Shown here: piece by piece, positions 25,151 to 38,800 of the stretch
How the letters are laid out: every line of letters starts with the position of its first letter
Numbering within the stretch: position 1 is the stretch's first letter
Assembly: GCA_964304625.1 (NCBI GenBank)
Contig: OZ199838.1
Coordinates: forward strand, 9,265,245-9,329,244
Reading direction: 5' to 3'
Source: Kudoa neothunni
Lineage: Eukaryota; Animalia; Cnidaria
Length of the DNA: 64,000 nt
The notes under the pieces: model-generated
Database searches by the model: none
Seen by the model: only the letters and a program-made list of their open reading frames with translations
Told to the model about the DNA's origin: nothing
Position numbers and translations under genes: made by a program

Positions 25151-25512
25151 ATGCCCATGGTTTGTCGGACATATATCAGCTGTCTGAACTTTTCCAGAAG
25201 AAATCGGTTCGAATTGGGTTTTAATCGACTGATAAGTTATACCTTTATCCTTATTTAATCAGAATGACTTTTATAATAATGATTTCTTGTATATATAAGC
25301 CTGAGACTTGGTAGTCTCAAAGGTTCCTTGTTGGTATATAAAATTGTTATAATCCAATAGAATAAATAAAAGATTTTTAAAATTCCAAATTATTATTAAA
25401 AAAATTATATTCAAGTGATTGAAGTTTCCAAATAGACATCATTATCAATAAACAAAATATTAGAATAAGATTTAGGATGCAGCTTGAAGGGTCAAAAAAT
25501 ATAAAATTAATA

Positions 25513-28500
25513 CAGTAGGTAATCGATTTTCCGTAATCCCCTCGGGGCCAGTAAAAGTTAATGAAAATGCATCACTGACCGATTGTACGTACTTTTGATG
25601 CTTGCGCAGATGGTTATAATATTTTGTATTGAAATAATATTATAATAAGGTTCATAATTATTAATTTTTAAAAATATTTTCATCTTTTTAACATAACTTG
25701 AAGAAAACCTGGTGACTATGTATTTAGATCGCTATTATTTTCGATAATGTGATTTTTAATTGAAACACCATTGTAGTTAACCCTTGAAAAATAAATTATT
25801 CCTTTATTGAGAGAAAGTAGTTCATTTGATTAATTATTTGAAAAATACATGAATGACGTTATATAATTTAGTTTCATGGTGAAAGGTTGAGCTACAGAGA
25901 CACAATTGTTAACAATATTTTTGAAAGTACTATTTAACATTCTAACGATCTTGGGGTCTTGTAGAGCCCAGATGAAAGTTAATCCTTATATAACTTCTTC
26001 TAAAAATTTTCAGTTCTTTTAGAATCTCAGCTATTCTCTTAATTTAAAACAAGGTTTAATATCCTCAAAAATTAGTTTAAAAAAATGATAAGAAAGTAAA
26101 GAAAATAATAAATATTTTATAGGAAAATTTTTTAAGTTCTTGAGAGATATATTTAATTTATTTTTAACTTAATGATTTAAACTGTTGTTAAGAGCCTGAG
26201 ATGGTTAAAAAATCGTCCCCTTTAAAGAATTTTTATCGTCACGTGATTACGCGTATGACACAAAAGCAATGAGTGAATGAATGGAATACGGCGATGAGTA
26301 CCAATCGTCAGATTTTGAATTTGATCTCCTCCAAACAGAATCCTTAGAAAGTTACAGTGATATACTTAAAGTTGACGATCTTGATGATAATACAACAAGT
26401 AAGAATGGGTTAATTTGAGGTCTAATCAAGCCTTCTCCATCAAAAACCACCGTTGAAAATATTATAAACTCTCGCCCTGGACCTACTAATTATTTTTTGA
26501 AACATGTAAAAAATATTTCTGACCACTTTACGATATTTTTTACACAGGATATCTGCAATGAAATTATAAAAAATACAAATATTTTTGGAAAATCATGTTT
26601 TAAACTAAACTGGAAAGGACATAGATTAAGTTTAATTTCTAGGGTATTGGGGAACACTCATCTTAATGGCTATTCACAAAGACAGAGGGGAGCCTTTATC
26701 TGAGCTCTTCAACCTGAGCCAAAGCAGGGAAATCTACCGGAAGCTTTTCTCTCATAAGCGATTCCAACATATATCAAGTTCCCTTCGTTTAGACGACCAT
26801 AGTACCAGAGAATCAATGATTCACGATATGATTGGTTTGATTCGTGAAATTTGGACAATCTGGGCAAGTATTTTGCCATTTTGTTTTGCTCCTAATGAGG
26901 ATATCAAGGTAGATGAACAACTAGTTTCATTTCGGCAATATATGTCCTTAAGACCAGCAAAGTACGGGTTAAATTTTTTCGTTTTAGCTGATCCTAAAGA
27001 TAAATATGTCCTAATTGTTCTATCGTACCTTGGAAAGAAGGATAATAGAGCAACTCGAAACTCAAATGTTGGTGATAATGTTGTGCTAGAGTTAGTCACC
27101 CCTCTTTTCTATTCAGGTAGAAACGTTGTCGCGAACAATTTTTTTTTGGTTGAATTAGCATCCATACTACTCGAAAAAAAACTATCCTACCCAGTTACCA
27201 TGCGCCACAATAAAAAAGATATTCCTCCATTTGCTCTCCCATCAAGAAAAAGAACATTGTACAGCTCGACATTTTTGTTTAAAAAAATATGCTTACCTCA
27301 CGTAAAAAAAAGGAAAATTTGTGATTATCTTATCCACAGGATCTACCAATGATGCTATATCGGATAAATCGTTTAAGAACAAACCAGAGATTATATTGTG
27401 GTAAAATAAGACAAAAGGTGGCGTTGATGCTATCCTCATGTTCAATTAGAAGGTTCCGCAGGTGGTGGCCAATGGTGGTATTTTTTAACATGGTAGATCT
27501 ATCATTGATTAATGCCTTCGCAATATACAAAAATGCGTTAAACGCCAGACTTGCAAAGGAGAAAATTCTTAAACCTTCTTTTCGAAGCATTATACAACCG
27601 GCTTTTGGAGAAGAACTTAAATGATAAGAACATTGTGAAAAGACATCCTCAAATATTGAATGAAAGCTTATCAACTACATCTGAGAATATTAGCAAAGTG
27701 ATAAAAAAACCTCATCGAAATGTGCAAGTTGCAACAGTTTTTACTCCCGCCTTCATTCATCTAAAAAGTGTTTCAATTGTTAGACATATAGAATCATCGT
27801 TTATAGGTTCAATATTTTTTATTTTCTTTATTTTATTCTATGTGAAATATTTTTATTCGCTTAAATGTGAATTTTTGTATTTAGATTGCACCGAAATGGC
27901 ACGATTTGATAGGTATCAACATTAACCGAATTAATTTCGTTTAACTAAGTGGATTTTTGCTGTTTTACGGGAGATTGTGCAGATGAAATTTTTATGGTGT
28001 CTTGCGCATAGTAATAATAATTTTCTCACTCGAAATGACTAGAAAAAATCTGGGTTTTTTTTTACCCCAAAGATCGTTCGAGACAGTTTTTTTTGTGATC
28101 GTTAGAGGGTTAACAAATTAGATATATTTTTAATGTTTCATCATCATTCTTGCTTTCTTATTTTACTAAAATTAAATGGGTAAATTTTTACTGCAGTTTA
28201 AAACTCGTTAATTCTTGTGAGGGCGAATCAAAGAACAATCTGAACAACTACCAGAAGCGGACGTAAAAAATTAGCTCATAAATCATTTTAGATCTCTTTT
28301 CTAGATGTAAATTGGTTTCCGGGCGTAAATCATAATTTAACTCAGAAAATTTGTACATTTTAAAATAATTTGACATTGTTTTATTGATTGACCAGTATAG
28401 TTTTATATAAATTGTAAAAAAAAGTTGGTAGAAGACCTTGTAGCAACAGCAATCAATTTGTCCTACTAATTATGGTCACAGTTTTGAGTGCATAAATGAC

Positions 28501-29109
28501 CGCCCAAGAAAATTGATTATTTTTTAATTAAGGGGCGACCTATAACCATAAAGTCTCCTAACGTAATGAATTCTTTTGAATTGAACTCTATTAATTTTAT
28601 TACATATTTAATCATCTTGAATATTTTGGTTTTCTTGACTCTAGTGCCTTTAATCAATTATAAACTATAGCCTAAAAATTATTGTTTGACTCTTTTTCAG
28701 GATATTTCTTTTGAATAAATCCGAACTTATTTTACATGAGGAAATCAATTAGACATTATTGTTTCAATAGGTTTCAAGGCAGAAATAGGTACGAGATCAA
28801 AATCGCGAAGTATAAAATGTTTAACGAGTTTCATTAATAAATTTAAAAAAATGGGAAAATAATAAACTTCTTTTTGTGTCTAAATGATTTACAATGATAT
28901 AATGTATGTAATAAGTTGAAGCGAGGGATTTTGAAGATTAAGTTTGTAGCCAAAAAACTACGTAAAATCGATAATCCCTATTTTTTATAAAAAACTCCTT
29001 TATAAATTACATTTTTTTTGTAATTTTTAATTTTCGGAAATAGTTTTGGCTCTGATAATTACGTATAAGGGAAGAATAAGTAAAAGTACGTAAAATCGAT
29101 TACCTACTT
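25513..29109. mobile_element. Non-autonomous pogo/Tigger-like element (~1.4 kb) interrupted by a piggyBac
   Basis: TA|cagtaggtaatcgattttccgta ... tacgtaaaatcgattacctactt|TA, with an internal repeat tacgtaaaatcgat at ~28960. Confidence 0.75.
25938..28109 (+). mobile_element. piggyBac transposon with a frameshifted PGBD4-like transposase pseudogene (~26270-27760)
   Basis: TTAA at 25934-25937 and 28110-28113. TIRs cattctaacgatc / ccctctaacgatc plus subterminal aacgatcttggggt...cccaga repeats. Peptides VDEQLVSFR, RPAKYGL, GRNVVANNFF, RRWWPMVVFFNMVD. Confidence 0.93.
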
Positions 29110-29162
29110 TATAAGATTATTTTAAAAAATAGAATGATAAGATTATTCATCTTTTTTATTAT

Positions 29163-32100
29163 TTAGCTGGATGCTATAACAAATTTGCTAATATTATGGT
29201 ATAACTATGATCAACATACCTTCATCCTCCGTGGACGGACTAATATCAGAATTGGTCTGGTCTGTAACGTCGTTTTCATTGGGAGTATTTTTTAAATCGT
29301 CATTCGTGAATTCTCCAGCTGACAAATATACAGAGTCATATAATACATACCCACAAGAAAACGAAATATACCTTTATATTTTTCGTAGGAAGCGCTGATT
29401 CCATCAATATTTTTAACCATAAATGTGTATATATTATTTAATAATGTGACGTTGGTGAGATTGATATCATTAACAACCTTGAAAATATTAGGCTGGAAAA
29501 CGATAGCAAGATTGAACGCGTTCATAAGAGTTTGCTCGGATTTTTGACTAAGTCTAAAGAAAATAGCATAGATCAACTTTTAAAAAAATTTAACAGAAAC
29601 AGACTCGTATATCTTTTTTTGTAGATAGAAAAAAAGGTGTCTGGATGAGGGTTTCAAGGAGCCCAAGAATTGACAACAAACGTAATAGCACTGTTGTAGG
29701 GACATTTGATTAAAATCTAGATAAAATTCCGCTAAGGGGCTTTATTTGTTTAGAATAGCTTAATACCTTTAGCGTTTAAAAGCAGTTGGACTGAATCCGC
29801 CGGAATGAAATCAGAAATATTTCGAATCACCTGTTTAAGTAACGCCGTAACAATATGAATATTGGTTCCTAGTTGTATAAGTTCACCTAAAATTATACGG
29901 TGTTGACACAGATAAATAGAATGAAGCTGATACCACTCGCCATTGATTGTTCCAGTAGTTTAACTTCCGAACCACAAACCGATACACGGAAGATACCTTT
30001 CGAATTCAGGCCGTATTTGAATATATAGTTAAAGCACATCGAAATGAGGGCGGGAACTCCATCTTTATCCTATACGATCGACAAAAATTATGTCTTATAC
30101 TCTGATGTAAGAAACCTTCTCACAGTTGTCAAGATCGAGTGTCAATGGTCCATTGTTTCGGCTAAGGCAACGTGATCAAGTAAAAGTTATTAAAAAATAC
30201 CTTTCTGACATACTTTTTATTGCCTTGATCGTGCTCTCTACATTAAAAATAATATTCGCATTGAGAGGAATTCAAATTAAAAAAACTTTGGGAAGCACAC
30301 TGCACCAAATATTCATACGTTTTTCTTCGAATATATGATTGAGTTAGTTGAATGTATATGTGGTATTCCTAAACAAATTTATCAGTTATTGGAAGACTTT
30401 TTTGAAACTTTACTTGATAATACATGTTATCTTGTAAAGCTTTTGAAGTTTTTGGCCAATCAGAAATATGATTAATTGTTAACTTGTCACAGTAACTCAA
30501 CCAATTGTCAACTTCACCAGACATTTTCGTCAATTCCTATAGTACCGCCACAATATTATAAGTGACAGGCAGAATGTGATAATCAGGGATTATCAATTAA
30601 ATAAATACCGCCTTCCTGCGATCAAAGATCTGGGCGTTGTTCGTTTGTAGGTGTGCAAATTCAACATCTTTGGAAACAACATCGCAACTTTCAGCAAATA
30701 TATTTTCACACTAGACAACATTAATGAATAAATACTTTCTAAGGTCAACAATGGCCAAAATACTTTATCTTTGGGGAGTATTAGGCTGGAGAATTGAGAC
30801 GAGCATCCACATATAGGGTTAGATGTACAAGAAAACCGCAAGCTGAAATCATGCTCTGTGGAAAGCACTTCAACCAAACATCCAGAAGAACAATAACGAG
30901 ATTTGAGCAAATAATCATCTTCTCTCTTGAAATAAGCTTCTGCCAATGACTTTAGGAACGATTGATAATATAGGTTTTCTCCCTACATATATTAATTATA
31001 TATGTATATTGTAACAAAAGCTTTTTTTATAACAAATAGGTATATTAATTAAATACAAAAAGTATTTCATTTTGTTGTTCATCCTCCAGGAACGAAATTA
31101 AATTATTTGTCTGCTCGAAGCTTGTCATGTAGGTAAATCTACAATTGGCTAATTTGTCTTGAAGTGTATCTACACGTTCTTTCATCTATAAGAATATTGC
31201 TGGATAACACACATTGAATGTTGTAACCTTAGTAAGTCTGGCTTCATTTGCTTCGAAGGACGTGGATCTTGACACCTTTTTATTTTTCTTGCTATTATAT
31301 TTCTCCGATGCTTCATGGAATTCTGAAAATGCACTACGATAGTTTTTTCCATTCTAAAAATTAGACAGTAATATCGATTTATGAGTTTGAAAATCACTGG
31401 AAAATTTAAAAACTAATTACGTCTTCACGTGCTTGCTTTCCTGTCAATATTTCCTTGTACAACTGTTGGATAATGTTTTTGCTCTGTGTTAACCATTTGC
31501 ATTAATACAACAAAAATGATAGATTCAATTAAATCGAAAAAGTTGTGTATCTCCTAATAATTATATAAGTGCTAATTCTCAATGTTAAGATAATAAATTA
31601 ACACAAAAAATAATTTTAATTTAATAATCTCCAAAATTTATTTATATTTATGGGTATAAAAACGAATAAGAGCTATCGACAAAATGCTACCTTTTCCGAA
31701 GTATAGTTAGAAATATTTTCTAGGCCAGTGGACAAGTAGTCGATAAATTCAGAGAGAAATTTTAAATATTCATCCAAACTTTTTTGTCTCTGCTGCAATG
31801 AAACCCCATAGGCGCGTATAAAATGTAACACAAGGCTAACTGAAGAACTAAATTAATTAATTATAATGATTTGGTAGAATTTCAATTCTTACGAATTGTC
31901 CAAATTGCTAGTATATTTATCCAATTTTTCCTGACACATACGTTGAATCTTATCGGTTGATTTAGAATAGACCAACTCCATTTCGTATTTCATTCGAAGT
32001 ATCGCAATGAAATCTTTTTCAACGCTCTCATTTAGTGATTTTCTTTGATCCACTGCTGCCATTGACGCATTGGATTGTACAATCAACTCTATGGCAGTGA

Positions 32101-32215
32101 TGAAAATAAATTATAAAGCAAATGAAAAGTCAGTGTTTATGGGTTCAATTAGAGATTGCAATATACCTTTCCTGGTGATATCATTACTTTTCGAAAGCGT
32201 TCTCGAGATATTCAT
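29163..32215 (-). CDS. F-BAR (FCH) + RhoGAP protein, SRGAP/ARHGAP4-like, multi-exon, apparently without an SH3 domain
   Basis: FCH-like segment DFIAILRMKYEMELVYSKSTDKI. RhoGAP motifs GVPALISMCFNYIFKYGLNSKGIFRVS (arginine finger), VTALLKQVIR and TLMNAFNLAIVFQPNIF. The proposed last micro-exon (ASS*) is followed by AATAAA. Start and stop are inferred. Confidence 0.82.
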
Positions 32216-33683
32216 TCCAATGTCACAACCAGATTAGCATGTATTTAAATACTTCAAAAGTATTAAGTAAATCGTATTTAATCTCAAAAAAATTTTCCGC
32301 TTCACCAACAATTCTACAAACAATATGTAAAGATTTTTATGGCGATAATATTTTTTTGTGGCTCATAGGGGGAGAATCTATTCAGGGTAATGTTTAAATC
32401 GATATTTCTATCTATTGATAAATATTATCGTTAATACATCGGATTTGCGTCATTTAAAGATAATTGTCGTAATCAGAAAAAATACTTTTAAAAATTTTCG
32501 TGTCCTAAATTCACCATTGATAAATGGTGTATTGAAGTGAAGCGCTATTCAGTATAGATTTCAACCAAATACACTCTAATCTTGACACCTATTTGATTAA
32601 GTGAACTGTTTATTATGGTCAAACGAATGAAGGCTATATTAACCAAGATTTTAATAATTATTAAATAAGGTTGAACAGATTTAAATTTTTTTTTAATCGC
32701 ATCAATGTAATTTTAACCGCATACAACTAATTAGGTAGAATATAAACTAATTAGAAAAGGGAGTGAGAAATTTTTATAATAAAAATTGATCGCATCTTTT
32801 CGAGTGATTAATTTTATATAATCAACTTATATCATCCAAATGATAAATTGTATCTACCTATAAAAAATAACACATACTAATTCGGTAATAATAACATTAA
32901 TAATATAGACCCTAAAATTAGAATATTTAGACCGACTTTATTCGTCTATTAGAGTATAAATTTTTCAGAAGTGACTCAGTCAAACAAATGTTACCTAAAA
33001 ATTATGCCTATTTGTTAAAAAAATAAAAACATGCCTATCTTTTATGCGATGGAAAGCCAAATGATGGTTCTGATTTTTAAATTACTGCGATTAATATTTT
33101 AATTGGTTAAACAATAACCTAAACACCTTGGAAGGTATTTATATTGATATCATAAATCTTACTCTAACATCATGTAGGATGAATTCTGAATCCAGACTAG
33201 ATCCAGATAAATAAGAATAATTCACAGTCATTTATTTCTGAAGAAATTAAAATTTTTCCACTTGGTTGGCTCATGTAAGACGCACTAATGGTAGTTAATG
33301 TTACCGACAGATTGTTTTGTTTATAAAAATTCAAAAGAATTGAATTTAAAAGGAATTGTATTTCCCTAAATAACTGATAACTTAAAAAAATCACATACAA
33401 TGAGAAGGCGAATGTTGCACAAACTAAGCAACCATCTAACAGGAAAAGATTTTATGAGTAGGTAATTCTAAATTTTTACACAATAAAATAGAAATAAGTA
33501 TAATAATGCCATCAAAAACTTAAGGTGTTTATTTTTATAGTAATAACGCTGAATAATATTGTTACAAGATATTTTCAATATCGTTAACGATTTGACTAAA
33601 TTAATGATATGAGTTTTTGCGATTTCCGAAGATTTCAGGAACAAAACTGATATATTTGTTGAAATTAAAAATAAAGAATTCAA

Positions 33684-34687
33684 TCCTCTATATATATAAA
33701 AGAGAACTGTCGGTATGTCTGTTTGTGTGTGTCAGTGTGTGTGTATGCCCCTAAGTACGCATGTGCGGATAATTTTTTCCTTATAGAGAGCCATATAGAA
33801 AATTTTTATAAATTTGTGATATTTAAAAAAATCGTTTAATTGTTGTCGGACTACGAAAGTTTCCAAAAAGTATTTATGAAATAGTGATTTTGTCGATTTA
33901 AAGTTTGTTTTTCGGATTGAATGAGTTCAACGATAGGATTAGCACTTGCTTATTTCATGGTTATGGTCGGTTGAAGTTAACTATCTTCTTTATATGCCCC
34001 ATCATATGTTCATTAACTGCTTCTATCTATCTTTATATATAAGGTTGGCGTTTCTATTTGGGTGTCTGTTTAAACACACTCCTTATTTGCGGAGTTTTAA
34101 CGTATATGACTTGATAAGTATATTTTATAAGCTCTATTAATGGTTTTAAATGTAGCAAAAAATCTATATATGTTTCATAAATAACGAATTCGTGGAGAAC
34201 GTTAAAGTTACGTTGATTGAAGCGTTATAATGGAAATACTGCGTTCATAGGTTTCATTAAATTGTCCGCTAAGTGTTACTTTATGTGATTAAATTCAATG
34301 CGGATGGTTGTACTTTTATTTCACCAAATTATTTAAATTGTTTATGTTGAAATCGACGCAATTTGTGGTTGTTTATGATAAAAGCGCATGTATGTTTATG
34401 CCGAGTTAAACAATGCTAATTTTAACAATATCGATTAATTTTCATAAGTTTTCTTCTATCTCTTTTATTTTTTCTATTTTTAAATGGTCACCGGGATTGA
34501 TACTTTCCTTCACAGAAATTATAATAATTTAAATTACATAATCCAAATCGTTATGGTAAGTTGATTAAAAATTTTTAGTTATTTTGTTTCTATGGGTTAA
34601 TTCGAGATTTCAATATATTTTTTGAATGCTATTAAAAATGCCTCTAGGTGAAATCTTCCCCAAGCAACGCTGGGCAGTTCCAGCTAG
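33684..34687 (+). mobile_element. Non-autonomous Helitron (with a second internal 5'-type head at ~34030)
   Basis: 5' end A|TCctctatatatataaaagagaactgtc; 3' hairpin cccaagcaacgctggg (34659-34674) followed by CTAG|T. No TSD. Confidence 0.8.
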
Positions 34688-36098
34688 TTATTAATAGGTT
34701 AGCGCAAAAGCCCCGCTTCGCGAAGGCTTCCTTACCCAGCCAAGTAGGCTAAAACCTGGTGCAGATTAAGGCCTTTTTGATTTTTAAGTAAATAGCGCTA
34801 ATGCCCAGCTTTGCCTGGTACTGTGTGATGGAAAATTTTAACTTTTATTTTATTTTTGAATGGAGAAATTCTACGCAATATTTAATCTAATTGACATGTT
34901 AAACCCTGAAAATTTTATTTTTCTATTTTAATTGTTGCATTTTAAAACTTGTCATTATTTGTTCAATGTGATGATTTAGAAAAACAAAATTATGCGCGCG
35001 TTTTACTTTCAAATATAAACTGAGGTATTGAGGAAATTTATGAGTATTTTAAAGTTTATTTACAAATTATTGACCAAAATATAATGATCTTAATTTTAAG
35101 AGCAATTTAATTAACGAGTTAAGTTCATTTTTTTATTAAACAGAATCAATAATTAACTTGAATAGGACTTTCAGGTCATTTCAAAATTTTGCGATAAAAA
35201 TTAATCCTTCTGGTTATTAAATGTATTATTAGTTGACAAACGTTAAAAAATAATTGTTACTCCTTTTTTGAAATTTTATAAAGGATGTTAATGATGTTTT
35301 AAAAATCTGTGAGTATTAACTTACGTATTCACTATTCTAACGTAATTTCCCAATTTTTTAATATATGCAAACTTTGTTTTTTAACAATAATACTTACTGG
35401 TTCTGAAATGTATAAATTTAATTAGCAAATATGATTAAATCTAAAATGTAAAGGTGTTTTTAGTTTTGAAAATTATAATAATGCTTCAATATCAACTTGT
35501 TTTCTTGAAGGAGTACATCCTGTTTAAAAACAAGCGTACTGTTTGATTGCCCTAAAAAAATTTCTTTGTATTGAACTATTCTTAGATTAACGAACACTTT
35601 GTGAAAATATCGGTTACATCGAATAGACCAATAATTTCTTATTAACTTACATGGTACGTATTAAGAAGGGACTGTATTTTGTGCAAAAGTAATCGTGAAT
35701 ATAAATTCTTAAATTAAATATGGAATGCGGTATCGCATATTTTCATGCAGCTTTTATATCATAATGAATTATTTTTAGCGAAAAGAAAATTATCTATTGA
35801 TTTGAATATTAATCTTAAGGTCTGGGGGTAGGGAATAATTAGGTGACTAAGAACTTAAACATCGTTTAAAAAAATTTTCTCATAAAATTTAGAAACTTAT
35901 CGAATTAGTGATTCCGGCTATTTTTCAAGAAAGTTTAGAAAACCAAAAAATGAGTAAATACTTTTCGAATGACGAATATAATTCCAATCTCAATCGATAT
36001 ATTTGATCAAACGTAATTTTCATTTAAGAAGTTATCACAAAAATTTTATTATCTGGAAACTCTACTCACATCCTATATCGTTTTCAGAATGCATATAG

Positions 36099-36969
36099 GG
36101 CTATTCTTTACAAAACGGGACTACAGTCGGAAACTTTCGGGGAAAATCACGAAAAAACAACACAATAAATTATATTAAATAATTATTCATAATTTCTTTG
36201 AAGAAAGTGCTAAGTTCGATGCCTCTATATTTTTTACGGAATATATAATCCGAAATGAAGTCATATAATGACTCTTCATTTTTATTTGTAATATTTCGGT
36301 ACTTCCTTTTAAATCCTCCCCACGTAGTTTCGATCTTATTTGTGACAGACTGTATCGTGAAAAAATCCTAAATCGTTCAGGTGATTATAGCCTCCCCATT
36401 TATCAGTCCAGATAACAGAATTCTCTTCAACATTATCGAGAATAATTTTTTCCAATACAGAGCTGTTTCTTCTCTTCGTCAGTTCAAAAAAACACTCACC
36501 TTCCTCATCTATACCACCAACAATCCAATATTGATGGGTTTTTAACAGTCTACCAACATTATATTTTCGTTTAGTCACCGCAGTTTCATCGATCTGGACA
36601 ACGACATTTGCACCGCCAATTTTTTTTCTCTCGTCATTAATATTCAGTGTGATAATACTCCTTAATAATTCAAACCAATCACATATTGCTTCTTCAAACA
36701 ACCCGGGCATCGGAATAAAAACAGATCTTGGCAACTTTTATTTGATATGAGATGCATCATCGTCCCACAAATACACGTTTTCTCTGATGAAATTAGACCA
36801 AGATTCTGCAATGTTTTGATGGTATAAATTGTGTTAATCCTAAAAAATGCATATTCCATCATATTGATAGAATCAATATTCTCCAAATCAAAATTTCTTC
36901 TGAAGTTTTCTATTTTCCGGGCGCGCGACGAAATTTTCCGACTGTAGTCCCGTTTTGTAAAGAATAGCC
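36099..36969 (-). mobile_element. Merlin (IS1595/ISXO2-like) transposon, internally deleted
   Basis: Perfect 35-bp TIR ggctattctttacaaaacgggactacagtcggaaa. Zinc ribbon CICG..FRCPGC; DDE core VVQIDE, KRKYNVGR, WIVGG, IWTDKWGGY, TNKIETTW. Confidence 0.92.
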
Positions 36970-37056
36970 GTAGCCCCTATCTATTAAGATGCGGATGACG
37001 CAGGGAAAGAAAAAATACGAATATTTATTTATTTGTAATTGTTTTAAATCTTAATA

Positions 37057-38405
37057 TAGGGTTTTCCGATCTAATTCGACACTTTTGCAATCAAACTCGG
37101 CGCGTCGCAATTTAATCAAACACATTCTTTTAATAACACGCAAAAAAATAAACTTTAACGATCAAACCCATAATTACTATCATCACTCTTATTTATTCTA
37201 ATATTACCTCTCCTCGAGAAGACCTTGTGATATAGCCAAGCATTTTTCGATAGAACCCATCACAATCTGTATGTGTTATTTCGTCGAAACATTCAGCAAT
37301 ATCTAATTTCAGCTCTTTCTCGTCTTTACGCTGTCTGTCTCCTTGTTACTAAGTTTTTCCAGACAGAAAAAACGTTCTCAATAGGGTTGACAAAGGGTGA
37401 ATATGTAGGCAGGTATTTTACGACTAAATTTTCCGCATAAATTATGTCCAAAAGACCCCTGTAGTGATGGATTTTTGCGTTATCCATAATAAATATTGGA
37501 TCAAGGATCCCATTATTAAAACGGCTAGTTTTAAGCTCCAGCAAGCAAGCAATCTTTAAAGTCTTCGCCGGTTACAGCCTTATCATGTTTTTATTATAAA
37601 TTCCGTGATTTTTATTGACTGCAGCAACCACAGAAATGTTCCTACTTCTAGCGGCCGACACACAACAATAAGCTGATTTGCCTCTCAATGAGCGTCCTCC
37701 CTTGGGTCAGGTAACTACAGAAAATCACATTTCGTCCAAAAATATGAGGCTTTCATGCATTGACGTGATTTCTAGTTCCCGAAACATTTCCGCATATTGG
37801 AACCGCTTTTCTATTGTTGTAGAACAATTCCTTCTTTCAGGAACCCTCACAACAGACTTGAGAGTGTAATAGAATTCTCCGATTACTCTATCGACTGTAT
37901 TGAGGGATACGGTAACTCCAAATTCGTCCTGGAGCTTTTTTTCAATTCTTTTAAAGAGATTAATGAATTTTTATCAATCAAACTGTTTATTTTTTTTTGC
38001 TCAATCGAATGAAGTGATCGTTTGTCTCCCCTCTGGGTTTGGAGCAAGAGTGCCGTTGCTTCTAAACTTAGACAATATCGACTAAACCGTGGATCTCGGT
38101 AACCTCATTTCCGAAGCGATATAACTATCCGTTTTTCCATCCAAGCAAAAATTGCACATTTGCTCCCTTAAATCGGCAGAGATGATTTTTCTTTGTTTCC
38201 TTTTAGGTTGCGTATTTGATGTCGATCTAGCCGAATCGAATTGCTCTGAAACTATACACTCTGAGTCACTTGGAACTTCGCACATATTTAAATTCAATTA
38301 GATTAACAAAAATTTGTTTAAAATCAATGCGCAGCGTTAACCGAGAATGCGCGTTGAAACCTATATCTTGATTGCATAAGTGCCGAGTTAGATCCGGAAA
38401 TCCTA
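37057..38405 (-). mobile_element. IS630/Tc1-like (DD34E) transposon with a frameshifted transposase
   Basis: TA-flanked ~36-bp TIRs tagggttttccgatctaattcgacacttttgcaatcaa / taggatttccggatctaactcggcacttatgcaatcaa. HTH YIASEMRLPRSTV; motifs IFLDE, FIMDNAKIH, YSPFVNPIE, with 34 aa between the second D and E. Confidence 0.92.
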
Positions 38406-38800
38406 TATATAACCACACTTCCTAAAGAAGATAAATCGAATTATTACATCTATAACTCGCAGCTGTGTCTAAACCTACGGCGTTGGTGGGGACTGCCCAC
38501 CAAGCCAAAACTCCATAGTACAATAAACGTTGTCAATGTTTTACTTGGAAGTCAAACAATGAAATTTATTTATAGTTTCGATGATAAAATAACCTTCAAA
38601 CAACCCACACGCTAAATAGCTTTTTAAACGACGTAATAAGGTTTTAATATCATTAAGGGATTTACATCGATTTTAAATCATAAAATCAAAAGATAATCCA
38701 TTTTATTTTAATAAAAGCTTCAGTTAACAATTGAATTACAAAAATTACTTTAAACCATTGCATTCTTCTTAGAAACTACACCAAAACCATTCATTTATAC

